Below are positions 52,166 to 61,789 of a stretch of DNA of 64,000 bases, in pieces. Under the pieces are notes generated by a model. That model did no database searches, was not told the DNA's origin, and saw nothing but the letters and a program-made list of their open reading frames with translations. The first letter of the stretch is position 1. The number at the start of each line of letters is the position of its first letter. Location of the stretch: positions 192,001 through 256,000 of the forward strand of contig OZ242214.1 in the NCBI GenBank assembly GCA_965206595.1, in the 5' to 3' direction. The stretch comes from Candidatus Latescibacterota bacterium (GTDB taxonomy: Bacteria > Latescibacterota > UBA2968 > UBA8231). A program made the position numbers and the translations under genes.

Positions 52166-52945
52166 CTACTGCCCGGTAGGGCGGAAGAGGGCGCGCTGCT
52201 CGTCGCTCATGTCGAGGGCGAAATCCGGCACCTCCGAGCGGTGGTACCCCTGCCCGTGGGCCTGGGCACCGGTGTTGTACTTGTAGATGAGCGAGCGCCG
52301 CTGGTGCTCCCCCTGCCAGACCAGGGTGCCGTGGGTGACCGCCTCGGTGAAGATGACGGCGTCCCCCGGCTCGGTGTGGATCTCCTTCACGTAGTCGCGG
52401 TACTGCTCGTACATCGCCAAGCCCTTCGGTGTCGGGAAATGGCTCTTGTGGGACCCCGGAACGATGGCGAGGCCGCCGTCGCCGGGGCCTTCGGCGGCGA
52501 GCTGGAACTCGACCACGGTGAGGCCGCAGAACATCCGGTCGTACTTGAACTCGTAGGTCTGCGAGAAGTCCTGGCGTTCGACCGCGCCGCCGTGGAGATA
52601 GTGGCCGCCGTTCCCCTTGTCCATGGCGATCAGCAGGGGGCCGTGGTCGAGCCGGGGATTCCCGAGCAGCTCCGACAGCAGGGGCCTGATGCGCGGGTGC
52701 ACGAGCAGCTCGCGGAACGGCTCGCACCAGGGGCGCTCCCAGGCCAGCATCCCGTCCATCCACTTCTGCTTGGCAGTGCCCCCGAGGACCCGGGAGTCCC
52801 CCTCGAGTTTGCGGTCGGTCTCGAAGAAGGTGCCGGCGTGGCGGTCGATGGCCTCGTTGCAGCGCGCGACCTCCTCCGGGGAAAGCACCCCCTTGAGCAG
52901 GAGGTACCCCTTCAGGTCGAAAAGGAATTTTTCGTCGTCGTTCAC
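52166..52945 (-). CDS. PhyH-fold Fe(II)/2OG enzyme, HxG variant
   Basis: EKFLFDLKGY, YLHGGA, GGLAIVPGSHKS, PGDAVIFTEAVTHGT...RR. Confidence 0.85.
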   Translation of the reverse strand: MNDDEKFLFDLKGYLLLKGVLSPEEVARCNEAIDRHAGTFFETDRKLEGDSRVLGGTAKQKWMDGMLAWERPWCEPFRELLVHPRIRPLLSELLGNPRLDHGPLLIAMDKGNGGHYLHGGAVERQDFSQTYEFKYDRMFCGLTVVEFQLAAEGPGDGGLAIVPGSHKSHFPTPKGLAMYEQYRDYVKEIHTEPGDAVIFTEAVTHGTLVWQGEHQRRSLIYKYNTGAQAHGQGYHRSEVPDFALDMSDEQRALFRPTGQ

Positions 52946-52964
52946 TGGAGCCCTGTCCCCCGGA

Positions 52965-53744
52965 TCACACCGGTGCGCGCAGCATGGTACGCTGCTCTTC
53001 CGTCATGTCCTGGATGTAGTCGGGGTACGACACCTTAAGGCGGGACAGCTCACCCCCCTGGTACCCGGGGTTGTACCCGTGCAGCAGGGTGCGCCGCTGA
53101 TGCCGGCCGCGCCAGACCATGGTGCCGTGAATGGTGATCTCCGCGAAGATCACCGCGTCGCCCGCCTTGACCTCGACCTCGAGGATCTCCTCCTGGCAGG
53201 CCTCGTAGTCCCTCAGGCTCTGCGGGATCGGGTAGTTGGCCTTGTGCCCGCCGGGAACCACCGCCAGGCCGCCTTCGCCCGGACCCTCGTCGGCGAGGGG
53301 GAACTCGACCAGCAGGAGGCCGCAGTAGATGTTGCCGAACTTCGCCGAGTAGGTGTACTCGAAGACCTGCCGGTCGACGCGGCCCCCGTGCATGTAATGG
53401 CCGGCGCATCCCGGATCCATGACGATGAGCCGCGGCGGCCCGGAGATGCGGTAACCGGAGCCGAGCAGCCCGGTGAGGTAGGGCTTGACCGCGGGCTGGA
53501 CCATCAGCTCCCGGAACGGCTCGCAGTGGGGTTTTTCCCAGGCGATCATCTCGTCGCACCACTTCTGCCTGACCCCGCTGGTCAGCGCCTTCGAATCCCC
53601 CTCGAATCGCCGCTCGTGCTCCTCGAGCTCGTCGAAGTGATGGTCTATGGCGCGGTTGGCGCGGGCGATGATGTCGGGATCGACCACGTCCCTGAGGACG
53701 AGGTATCCGGTGAGGTCGAAGAGGTATTTTTCGTCGTCGGTCAT
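52965..53744 (-). CDS. PhyH-fold Fe(II)/2OG enzyme, HxG variant
   Basis: EKYLFDLTGY, YMHGGR, GGLAVVPGGHKAN, AGDAVIFAEITIHGT...RR. Confidence 0.85.
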   Translation of the reverse strand: MTDDEKYLFDLTGYLVLRDVVDPDIIARANRAIDHHFDELEEHERRFEGDSKALTSGVRQKWCDEMIAWEKPHCEPFRELMVQPAVKPYLTGLLGSGYRISGPPRLIVMDPGCAGHYMHGGRVDRQVFEYTYSAKFGNIYCGLLLVEFPLADEGPGEGGLAVVPGGHKANYPIPQSLRDYEACQEEILEVEVKAGDAVIFAEITIHGTMVWRGRHQRRTLLHGYNPGYQGGELSRLKVSYPDYIQDMTEEQRTMLRAPV

Positions 53745-53956
53745 CGGTCAGTTCCCTCGTGTGCAGAGGATCGCCAAATCTCGCTTCGGCCGCTACTCCG
53801 GGCGAGCGCTCCCAGATCGCCGTGCTTCGGCGCCTTGTCTGTCTCGTTCCCTCCGAGCTGCCCGGCAGCCAGTTGCGGACCATCGACCGAATGTGCAAGA
53901 TGAGTGCCCTGCGCTACCGTACCAGCACGCAACAGAGTAGAAACGGAGGCAGAAGG

Positions 53957-55012
53957 ATGCCGGGAATCGAAGTACTCGACAGCGGCCACGTGGACCGCAG
54001 CGATTCCGCCTTTCCCACGGTGGTGATGCTCGACGACGGCGACCTGGTCTGCGCCTACAGCGTCGGGGGCGGTGCCCACGTGTCCGGGGGCACGCACTGC
54101 TCGCGATCGAGCGACGGCGGCCGCACCTGGTCCTGCCAGGGGACCGTCCTCGAGCCGACGAAAAACCCGCTGACCACCAATCACCTGCGGCTCAGCCGCA
54201 CCGCGAACGGCACCATCCTCGCCTACGGACAGCGGGACCAGAAGGACCAGTCGGGCAAAAGGAGCCGGTACCTGCCCTGCGACCCGGTGCTCTGCCGCTC
54301 CAGCGACGGCGGCCGTACCTGGTCGGCGCCGCAGGTCATCCCCTTCCGGATACCCGGCCCCTACGAGATCTCCAACTCCATTGTCGTCGCCAGCGACGGC
54401 GCCTGGCTGGCGCCGGCCGCTACCTTCCACGAGGGCCGCTACGGCGAGCGAGTGGTCCTGCACGAGTCCCGCGACCAGGGGGCCACCTGGCCGGAGATGC
54501 ACACCGTGTTCGAGGACCCCGAGGGAACGATCGGGTACCTCGAACAGAAGGTGACCGAGTGCGGGCCGGGGCGCCTGCTGGCGGTCGCCTGGGTGCAGGA
54601 CTTCGAGAGGGACACGGACCTCAAGAACCGGTACAGCTTTTCCGACGACGGCGGTCGCACCTGGGACGGCCCCCATTCGACGGAGATCCAGGGGCAGACC
54701 ATGACCCCGGTCTGGTTGGGGGGCGATCGCTTCCTCGTGCTCTACAACCGGCGCTTCGGCGCGCAGAGCGTGCAGATGTGCCTGGTGCGGGCAGCGCCCG
54801 GCCGCTGGGAGCTCGAGTTCGAGGGCACCATGTACGATGGCGGCGCGCGGCTGGAGCTGACCGGGGAAGTCAGCAGCCAGGAGCAGATCGCCCTCATCCG
54901 CTTCGGTTTCCCCACGGCCGTGCGTCTCGGAGAGGAGACCTTCCTCGCCACCCACTGGTGCGAGGAGGAGAGGGTGTGCGGCATCCGCTGGACGCGGCTG
55001 CGGGTGGCGTGA
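53957..55012 (+). CDS. BNR/Asp-box repeat (sialidase-like) protein without signal peptide
   Basis: SSDGGRTW twice, SRDQGATW, SDDGGRTW; AFP near the N-terminus; FGFP near the C-terminus. Confidence 0.85.
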   Translation: MPGIEVLDSGHVDRSDSAFPTVVMLDDGDLVCAYSVGGGAHVSGGTHCSRSSDGGRTWSCQGTVLEPTKNPLTTNHLRLSRTANGTILAYGQRDQKDQSGKRSRYLPCDPVLCRSSDGGRTWSAPQVIPFRIPGPYEISNSIVVASDGAWLAPAATFHEGRYGERVVLHESRDQGATWPEMHTVFEDPEGTIGYLEQKVTECGPGRLLAVAWVQDFERDTDLKNRYSFSDDGGRTWDGPHSTEIQGQTMTPVWLGGDRFLVLYNRRFGAQSVQMCLVRAAPGRWELEFEGTMYDGGARLELTGEVSSQEQIALIRFGFPTAVRLGEETFLATHWCEEERVCGIRWTRLRVA

Positions 55013-55300
55013 CCCCGCCGGCCCGCGGGATGGCCCGACTTCCCACCGGACTCTTTCCGGCTCGAATCGCCCCATATGCGGACTGAAGTCGCGGTCGCGC
55101 CTGCCCCGGAGACCGCGTGGCCGGCGAGCTCGGCGAACCGGAAGTGCTGGCCTCCCCAGCGCTGCCGGGTTCCACAGACCGGCAGCGGTTCGCCCCCCGC
55201 GCTTCAAGGCCGAGGTCCTCGCGAGTAGCTCAGGCCGGAGTCCCCAATAAGGAAGTCTCAGGGCCCGTACTGCCAGGACAGGTTTCGCCCCCTTCCTCGT

Positions 55301-55798
55301 TTGTCGGTGGTGCCTTTAATTGAGTCCCCGCGAGGGGACAAGCCATTGGAAATTCGAAAGGCCCAGCCAGCCGATTTCCTCGCCGTCGCCGCCCTCGACC
55401 GCGAGGCTTGGAAGCAGGGGGAGAACGCCGAGTTCATCCCCGACGGCGAGCACGCCTGGCGCATCTGGATCGAGCACGCCGTCGTCTTCTGCGCCGAGAG
55501 CGGCGGCCGCGTGGTCGGGGCGGTGGTCGCCTTCCCCTGCACGAGCGGCTCCTACTGCCTGCACAAGGTGTTCGTCGAGGCCGGCCTGCGGGGGCGGGGG
55601 ATCGGCAGCCGGCTGTTCGACCAGCTGCTCGAGGAGATCGACGCCATGGGCCTGCCGGTATTCCTCACGGTTTCTCCGGGCAACGACGCGGCCCTGGCGC
55701 TGTACGAAAAGTGGGGCTTCACCGAACGGCGGTTCGTCGCCGGCTACTACCGCCCCAGCGAGGACCGCTACGTGCTGACGAGACCGGCTAGTGCCTGA
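55301..55798 (+). CDS. GNAT acetyltransferase (RimI-like)
   Basis: LRGRGIGSRL, NDAALALYEKWGF. Start uncertain. Confidence 0.85.
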   Translation: MSVVPLIESPRGDKPLEIRKAQPADFLAVAALDREAWKQGENAEFIPDGEHAWRIWIEHAVVFCAESGGRVVGAVVAFPCTSGSYCLHKVFVEAGLRGRGIGSRLFDQLLEEIDAMGLPVFLTVSPGNDAALALYEKWGFTERRFVAGYYRPSEDRYVLTRPASA

Positions 55799-55837
55799 GC
55801 AAGCAGGCACTACAACAACAGGGAGAGCAACGGAGAG

Positions 55838-56845
55838 ATGAGCGAGTCGCGCACCATCAGGGCCGGGGTGCTGGGGGCGGGCAACTTCGCCAACAACCAG
55901 CACCTGCCCAACCTCATGCGCATACAGGGAGTCGAGGTCGCCGCCATCTGCGACGTCGACGGGGAGAAGGCGCGCCGGACCGCGGCCGCCTTCGATATCC
56001 CCGCGGTGTACACCGACGGGCACGAGATGATCGACAGGGAGCCGCTCGACGCCCTGTGGTCGATCGTGCCGGCGTACACGCGCACCGACATCGAGGCCAC
56101 CGCGGCCTCGAAGGGGATCCACCTGTTCAGCGAGAAACCGCAGGCGATGACGATGGAGGTCGCCCGCCGCATCGACGAGGCGGTGTGCGAGGCCGGGGTG
56201 ATCAGCACCGTCTGCTTTCGCGAGCGCTACCGGCCGATCTTCATGGAGGCGAAGCGGCTGCTCGCCGGCAAGGAGGTCGTCCACATCCGCTATCAGAACG
56301 TCTCCGGCCTGCCGGCGCCGCCGTCGGAGGAGGCGGGGTGGAGCGCCCAGCTCGACAAGGGGGGGACCTCCTGGTTCGACTGGGGCCCGCACGCCGTCGA
56401 CTACTGCCGCTACATGAGCGGCCTCGATGTCGCCGCGGCGCAGTGCTTCTTCAACCACCCCGGCCGCCATCCGGTGCCGACGTCGGCGTCGTTCAACTTC
56501 TCGATGTCGAACGGGGCGACGATGGCGATGAGCTTCGTCGCCGCCTCGGCCGGCAAGCCCGCGGACGAGCCCTACTTCCTGCTCTACTACGAGGGGGGGT
56601 ACGTCGGCGTCCACAACTACAACCACATCGACATGAACGGCGAGCGCGTCTTCGAGGGAGAGGAGTACAACCCCTGGTTCGAGCTCGACCGCCGTTTCTG
56701 CGAGGCGGTGCGCAGCGGCGACGACAGCGGTCTCCTCAACGACTACCACGACGGCCTCTACTCGCTGGCCCCGGTGCTCGCCGGCTGGGAATCGGCGCGC
56801 CGCGGGGGAGAGCCGATCGACATCTCCGAGTTCATGCAGAAGTAA
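55838..56845 (+). CDS. Gfo/Idh/MocA family oxidoreductase
   Basis: GVLGAGNFA, HLFSEKP, DWGPHAVD. Confidence 0.88.
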   Translation: MSESRTIRAGVLGAGNFANNQHLPNLMRIQGVEVAAICDVDGEKARRTAAAFDIPAVYTDGHEMIDREPLDALWSIVPAYTRTDIEATAASKGIHLFSEKPQAMTMEVARRIDEAVCEAGVISTVCFRERYRPIFMEAKRLLAGKEVVHIRYQNVSGLPAPPSEEAGWSAQLDKGGTSWFDWGPHAVDYCRYMSGLDVAAAQCFFNHPGRHPVPTSASFNFSMSNGATMAMSFVAASAGKPADEPYFLLYYEGGYVGVHNYNHIDMNGERVFEGEEYNPWFELDRRFCEAVRSGDDSGLLNDYHDGLYSLAPVLAGWESARRGGEPIDISEFMQK

Positions 56846-56873
56846 CCGACGAAAGACGAAAGGCAGCTATCAC

Positions 56874-57956
56874 GTGAAGACCATGACGCAGCGGGCGGCC
56901 CTCCGGCCGCACAAGCAGGGACATGCTCTCCAACCCGCCCCGAAGGCCCGCCCCCTGCTCGGGGCCGTCGCCGCCGCGGCGCTGATCCTGATCGCCGGCA
57001 GGGCCGGCGCCCAGCAGTTCACCTGGACGATCCAGTCCCTGTGGCAGGCCGGCTCCATCAACCACGGCGTCTTCGAGCAGTTCTGCGAGAACGTCGCCAC
57101 CCTGACGGGGGGCCGTCTCGCCATCACCCCGGTGCCGGTGGGAACCCTCGTCGCCTACAACGAGACCCTCGAGGCGGTCGGCTCCGGCATTCTCGACGGC
57201 CAACAGAGCGGCCCCGGGTACTCGGCGGGGAAGGACGCCGGCTTCGCCATGCTGTCGGAGTTCCCCGGCGCCTACGAGAACGCCTACCAGATGCAGATGT
57301 GGTTCGAGTACGGCGGCGGCAAGGAGCTGGCGCGCGAGCTCTACGGCCGCTTCAACCTGTACTACATCGGCTCGGTCTGGCACGGCATGGAGTCGATCCC
57401 GTCGAAGAAGCCGCTGCGCTCGGTCGACGACCTCAAGGGGGTGAAGATGCGCATCCCCGAGGGGCTGAATCAGGAGATCTTCAAGCGTATCGGCGCGGCC
57501 CCGGTCAACATCCCGGGCAGCGAGGTGTACACTTCCCTCGACCGCGGTGTCATCGACGCCACCGACTGGGGGACCCTGGGGATGAACGTCGACCTCGGCT
57601 ACCACAAGATCGCCCCCTACCAGATCTACCCGGGGTTCCACTCTCTGCCGATGGGGGACGTGGCGGTCAACATGGACCGCTGGAACGAGCTGCCCCCCGA
57701 CATCCAGGCGATCCTCGAGGCCGCGGTGCGCGACTTCGCGCGCCAGATGATCCAGGAGATGGCCGAGGCGGACGCCGCCGCGGCCCAGACCGCGAGGGAC
57801 CAGGGGGTCGAGCTGGTGACCTGGGACAGGGAGGAGCGCCGCCGCTTCCGCGCCATCGCCACCGAGGTGCTCAAGGATTTCGCGGAGCGCAGCGAGATGG
57901 CACAGCGGATTTACGACTCCCACCTCGCCTATCTGGCCAAACTGGGGCTGATGTGA
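56874..57956 (+). CDS. dctP: TRAP transporter substrate-binding protein
   Basis: Signal peptide; LTGGRLAI, DLKGVKMR, SEVYTSLDRGVIDA, WNELPPD. Confidence 0.9.
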   Translation: MKTMTQRAALRPHKQGHALQPAPKARPLLGAVAAAALILIAGRAGAQQFTWTIQSLWQAGSINHGVFEQFCENVATLTGGRLAITPVPVGTLVAYNETLEAVGSGILDGQQSGPGYSAGKDAGFAMLSEFPGAYENAYQMQMWFEYGGGKELARELYGRFNLYYIGSVWHGMESIPSKKPLRSVDDLKGVKMRIPEGLNQEIFKRIGAAPVNIPGSEVYTSLDRGVIDATDWGTLGMNVDLGYHKIAPYQIYPGFHSLPMGDVAVNMDRWNELPPDIQAILEAAVRDFARQMIQEMAEADAAAAQTARDQGVELVTWDREERRRFRAIATEVLKDFAERSEMAQRIYDSHLAYLAKLGLM

Positions 57957-58441
57957 GCGAGCCCCGGCTGGACCGGGCAGTGCGCGGCATCGGCGAGGCC
58001 ACCAGCCTGGTATTCCTCGCCGCGGTAGCGCTGACCTTCTACGAGGTCGTCCTGCGCTACTTCTTCAACGCCCCCACCACCTGGGTGCACGAGGTCAGCA
58101 TCTTCCTGACCGCGGCCGCCTTCATCATCGCCGGCTCCTACACCCTGCAGCGGAAGGACCACATCCGCATCAGCCTGGTATTCGACAAGCTGCCGGCCCG
58201 GGGACGCCGCCTGCTGACGGTGGTCAATCTGCTGATCGCCCTGTACTTCCTCGCCGCCCTGCTGTACGGGGCCGCGGTGCAGGCGGGCAAGGCGCTGGCG
58301 GTCATGGAGCGCACCGGCACCGCTTCCGACCTGCCGATCCCGGTGACCCTGAAGACCCTTCTCGCAGCCGGGGTGGGCCTGATGATCCTCCAGGGTCTGG
58401 CGCAGCTGGCGCGCGCTCTGAGGGGCAGGGAGGCCGGCTGA
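57953..58441 (+). CDS. dctQ: TRAP transporter small permease
   Basis: GTG overlaps the dctP stop; YEVVLRYFFNAPTTWVHE, HIRI. Corresponds to the 3' part of the 57041-58441 ORF. Confidence 0.88.
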   Translation: MSEPRLDRAVRGIGEATSLVFLAAVALTFYEVVLRYFFNAPTTWVHEVSIFLTAAAFIIAGSYTLQRKDHIRISLVFDKLPARGRRLLTVVNLLIALYFLAALLYGAAVQAGKALAVMERTGTASDLPIPVTLKTLLAAGVGLMILQGLAQLARALRGREAG

Positions 58442-59760
58442 TGGACATCGGCCTGCTGACCCTCGTCATCGTCCTGGCGATGGCGGCGCTGCTGGTCATG
58501 GGCCTGCCCCTGGCGTTCGTCACCGGGACGGTCGCGGTCACCGTCGGGCTGCTGAAGTTCAGCCCGACCGTGCTCGGCCTCATCGCCAGCCGCATCTACA
58601 GCTTCATGAGCGAGTACGTCCTCGTCGCCGTGCCGATGTTCATCCTGATGGCGTCGCTGATGGAGCGCACCGGCGTCGCCCGCGACCTCTACCGCGCCAT
58701 GCACGTGTGGGCCGGCGGCCTGCGCGGCGGCCTCGCGGTGCAGACCCTGCTGGCGGCGATGCTCATGGCGGCGATGACCGGCATCATCGGGGGGGAGATC
58801 GTCCTCCTCGGGATGATCGCCCTGCCGCAGATGCTGCGCCTGGGGTACAACAAGAACATCGCCATCGGCACCATATGCGCCGGGGGCTCGCTCGGCACGA
58901 TGATCCCGCCGAGCGTGGTGCTGATCATCTACGGCCTGACCGCCAACGTCCCCATCGGCGACCTGTTCCTGGCGACTATCGCCCCCGCCTTCGTCCTCGC
59001 CGGGCTCTACCTGTTCTACATCCTGGTGCGTTGCAACCTCAACCCGACGCTCGGACCTCCGGCGCCGCCGGAGGAGCGGAGCATGCCGGTGCGGGAGAAG
59101 CTCGCCCTGTTCAAGGACCTCGTCCTGCCGCTGAGCGTCGCCGCCTGGGTGCTGGGAAGCATCTACGCAGGCATCGCCTCGGTCAGCGAGGCCGCGGGCA
59201 TGGGGGTCGTCGGCACCGTCGCCGCCGCCCTGGTGCGCCGGGAGCTGTCCTGGAAGGTCGTGCGCGACTCGATCCGGCAGACGATGAACACCTGCGGCAT
59301 GCTGCTGTGGCTGACTTTCGGGGCCACGGCCCTGATCGGCGTGTACAACCTCCTCGGCGGGATGCACTTCGTCCGCTCGGCGGTGACCGGCCTCGACCTG
59401 GCCCCGGTGTTCGTCATCGCCGTCATGATGGGAATCCTCGTGGTCATGGGCCTGTTCATGGACTGGGTCGGCATCCTCCTGCTCACGGTGCCGATCTTCG
59501 TGCCGATCATCTCCGCCCTCGGGTACGACCCGGTCTGGTTCGGGGTGCTGTTCTGCATGAACATGCAGGTCTCCTACCTGTCCCCGCCGTTCGGCCCGGC
59601 CGCCTTCTACCTCAAGGGGGTGGCCCCTCCCGGGATCAGCCTGCAGGACATCTTCGCCGGAGTCTTGCCCTTCATCGCTCTGCAGCTGATCGGCCTCGGC
59701 CTGGTGCTGGCCTTTCCCAACATCGCCCTGTGGCTGCCCCGCCTCGTCTACGGGGAGTAG
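58441..59760 (+). CDS. dctM: TRAP transporter large permease
   Basis: AVPMFILM, GSLGTMIPPS, DPVWFG, SPPFG, FPNIALWLP. Confidence 0.93.
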   Translation: MDIGLLTLVIVLAMAALLVMGLPLAFVTGTVAVTVGLLKFSPTVLGLIASRIYSFMSEYVLVAVPMFILMASLMERTGVARDLYRAMHVWAGGLRGGLAVQTLLAAMLMAAMTGIIGGEIVLLGMIALPQMLRLGYNKNIAIGTICAGGSLGTMIPPSVVLIIYGLTANVPIGDLFLATIAPAFVLAGLYLFYILVRCNLNPTLGPPAPPEERSMPVREKLALFKDLVLPLSVAAWVLGSIYAGIASVSEAAGMGVVGTVAAALVRRELSWKVVRDSIRQTMNTCGMLLWLTFGATALIGVYNLLGGMHFVRSAVTGLDLAPVFVIAVMMGILVVMGLFMDWVGILLLTVPIFVPIISALGYDPVWFGVLFCMNMQVSYLSPPFGPAAFYLKGVAPPGISLQDIFAGVLPFIALQLIGLGLVLAFPNIALWLPRLVYGE

Positions 59761-59762
59761 GG

Positions 59763-59802
59763 CCGGGGTTTCACGGAAGCCCGAAACGGGGCTCAACCCC
59801 GG
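59763..59802. terminator. Stem-loop between the convergent dctM and sensor pseudogene
   Basis: CCGGGGTT...AACCCCGG outer stem with inner GCCCGAAACGGGGC. Confidence 0.45.
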
Positions 59803-59878
59803 ACCAGCAGCTTTTTCGACCCGGGCGGCGCCGGAGCCCTCGCCGTCGCGACGTTGGCAAGTTCAGGCGGCCCCGAGG

Positions 59879-61534
59879 TCACGGTTCCTGTCTCTTGGGC
59901 ATGCGGTAGCCGACGCGTGGTTCGCCAAAGAGGTAGGTGGGGTGGGCGGCGGCGGCGTCGAGTTTGCGGCGGAGTCTCCGCACGAGGCTGCGGATCACGC
60001 GCACATCCCCGGAGTGCGCAGGGCCCCATATCCGTCGCAGCAGCTGTCCGTGGCTCACCACCCGTCCGGCGTTTACCGACAGCTCGAGGAGCAGGTCGTA
60101 CTCGGCCGCGGTCAGCTTCAGCGTGCGGCCGTCCAGGGTCACTCGCCGTTCGGCGTAGTCGACGGTCAGGTCGCCGAGCACATACGGTTCGGCCGGCTCG
60201 GCCCAACTCCCCCCCCTCCTGCTGGCGCAGGGCGGGCCCGGACCCTGGCCACCAGCTCCGTGGGCGCGAAGGGCTTGACGAGGTAATCGGCGGCCCCGGC
60301 TTCGAAGGCCTGTGCGATGACCTCATCCTTGCCGTAGCCGGACAGGAAGATGACGGGAATCTCGGCGATGCGGACGAGGTCCCGCATCAGCTCGATGCCG
60401 TCGGTGCCGGGCAGCACGAGGTCGAGCAGGACCAGGTGGGGCCGGTTTTCCCGCATGAGCAGGAGCGCCTCCTCCGGGTCGGCGGTCACTGTCGATGCGT
60501 AGCCGGCCTGCGTGACGGTCGCCCCCGGCGAGTGCCTGGCGGCGTTGGACAGCAGGTTGTCCAGGACCTGGACGATGCGCCGCCGGTCGGCCCTCACCAG
60601 GGGCAGGTCCGGCGCCAGATCGATGTCGAGGGGGTTGCTTCCTCCTCCATTCAGGAAGGTGTTGCGGGCCCGGTCCACGAGGTCGGCGATCTCCACCGGT
60701 TCGGGTGATATGGGCAGCGTGCCGGTCTCGATACGCGCCACGTCGAGCAGGTCGCCGATCAGCTCGCGCATGGCGTCGGCCTGATCGAGGATGATGCGGT
60801 GGAACTGGCGCATCTCGGCCGGGTCCAGATCGGGGGCGGCGTCCAGCAGCGCCGTCGCCGAGCCTCGGATCGAAGTCAGGGGGAGGCGCAGCTCGTGGCT
60901 GACCATGCCCAGAAGCTCGGCCCGCAGCCGCTCGAGCTCCTCCAGCGGGGTCAGATCCTGCAAAGTCACGACCAACGACTCGACTTCGCCGGCCTCGGTA
61001 TGGATGAAAGTGGCGTTGACCAGCACGGTGACCGAGCGGCCGTCGGGTACCTTCAGGACGATCTCCTCGGCCCGCACCGACTCCCCGCCGCTCAGCGCCT
61101 GGGACGAGGTAGATGTTGCCCACCCCCGCATCCCGGTGACGGATCGGAGCCGTCAGGAAGGAGTTTATCTCGAGGGCTATTGGGAAATTGGGGATGCCCA
61201 CCGACCGGGTGTAGCCGTGAAAGTCGGCTCTCACCGGCTCCGGCAGGTTGCTGAGGTGCTCAAAGACTTCCCTTCCCCGGGGCATCTCCCACAGCCCCTG
61301 GGCCTCTTCGGGTGTCATGCCGGAGGCCAGGAAGTCCTCCAATTGCCCGGACTCATCGAGGGTGGTGATCACCCCGTACCGGGCAGCGGTCAGCGTCCGG
61401 GCGCTGTCCAGGACTCTCTGCAACACCGTGTCCGGATCGAGGCTCTCCTTGATGTGGAGGCTGGCCCGGCTCAGGCCGGACAGGCGCTCCCGCAGAGCCG
61501 CTATCTCCTGATCGCGCGGGTCGGATGGGGTCAT
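59879..61534 (-). pseudogene. Hybrid sensor-regulator (GAF-PAS-HisKA-[HATPase lost]-REC-OmpR winged helix), internally deleted and frameshifted
   Basis: SARTLTAARYGVIT (GAF); MVSHELRLPLTSI (H-box); QVLDNLLSNAARHS (N-box) fused directly to REC LLDLVLPGTDG...DYLVKPF; LTAAEYDLL...VRRLRRKL...PRVGYRM in another frame. Confidence 0.85.
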
Positions 61535-61679
61535 CTTCTCTCCTCGGTTGGAGGGAATGCGGTGGTTTCCGGGATCGTCCGGCCTCCGGCTGAGCAGGGC
61601 AACGGGGTGGATGCCCATAATAGGGCGCCAGCCAAGCCGAATTAAGAACCGAAGGACCATTCAGGCAAAAAACCCCGCA

Positions 61680-61755
61680 ATATCACCAACATATCACGGA
61701 ATATCACGGAAATCGGCCATAATATCACGGTTTGGGCAATTCTCTTGAGTGATAT
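61680..61755. promoter_or_regulatory. Phased ATATCAC direct repeats plus one inverted copy
   Basis: ATATCAC at 61680, 61691, 61701 and 61722; GTGATAT at 61749. Confidence 0.55.
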
Positions 61756-61789
61756 TGCAGGTGGCAGATCAACCATCCGGAGTTTGAAT

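Noticed and set aside
47326-59909. Very long alternative-frame ORFs (e.g. 47326-49035, 50475-52763, 58138-59796)
   Set aside because: Arg/Pro/Gly-rich translations overlapping well-supported genes; stop-codon scarcity artefacts.
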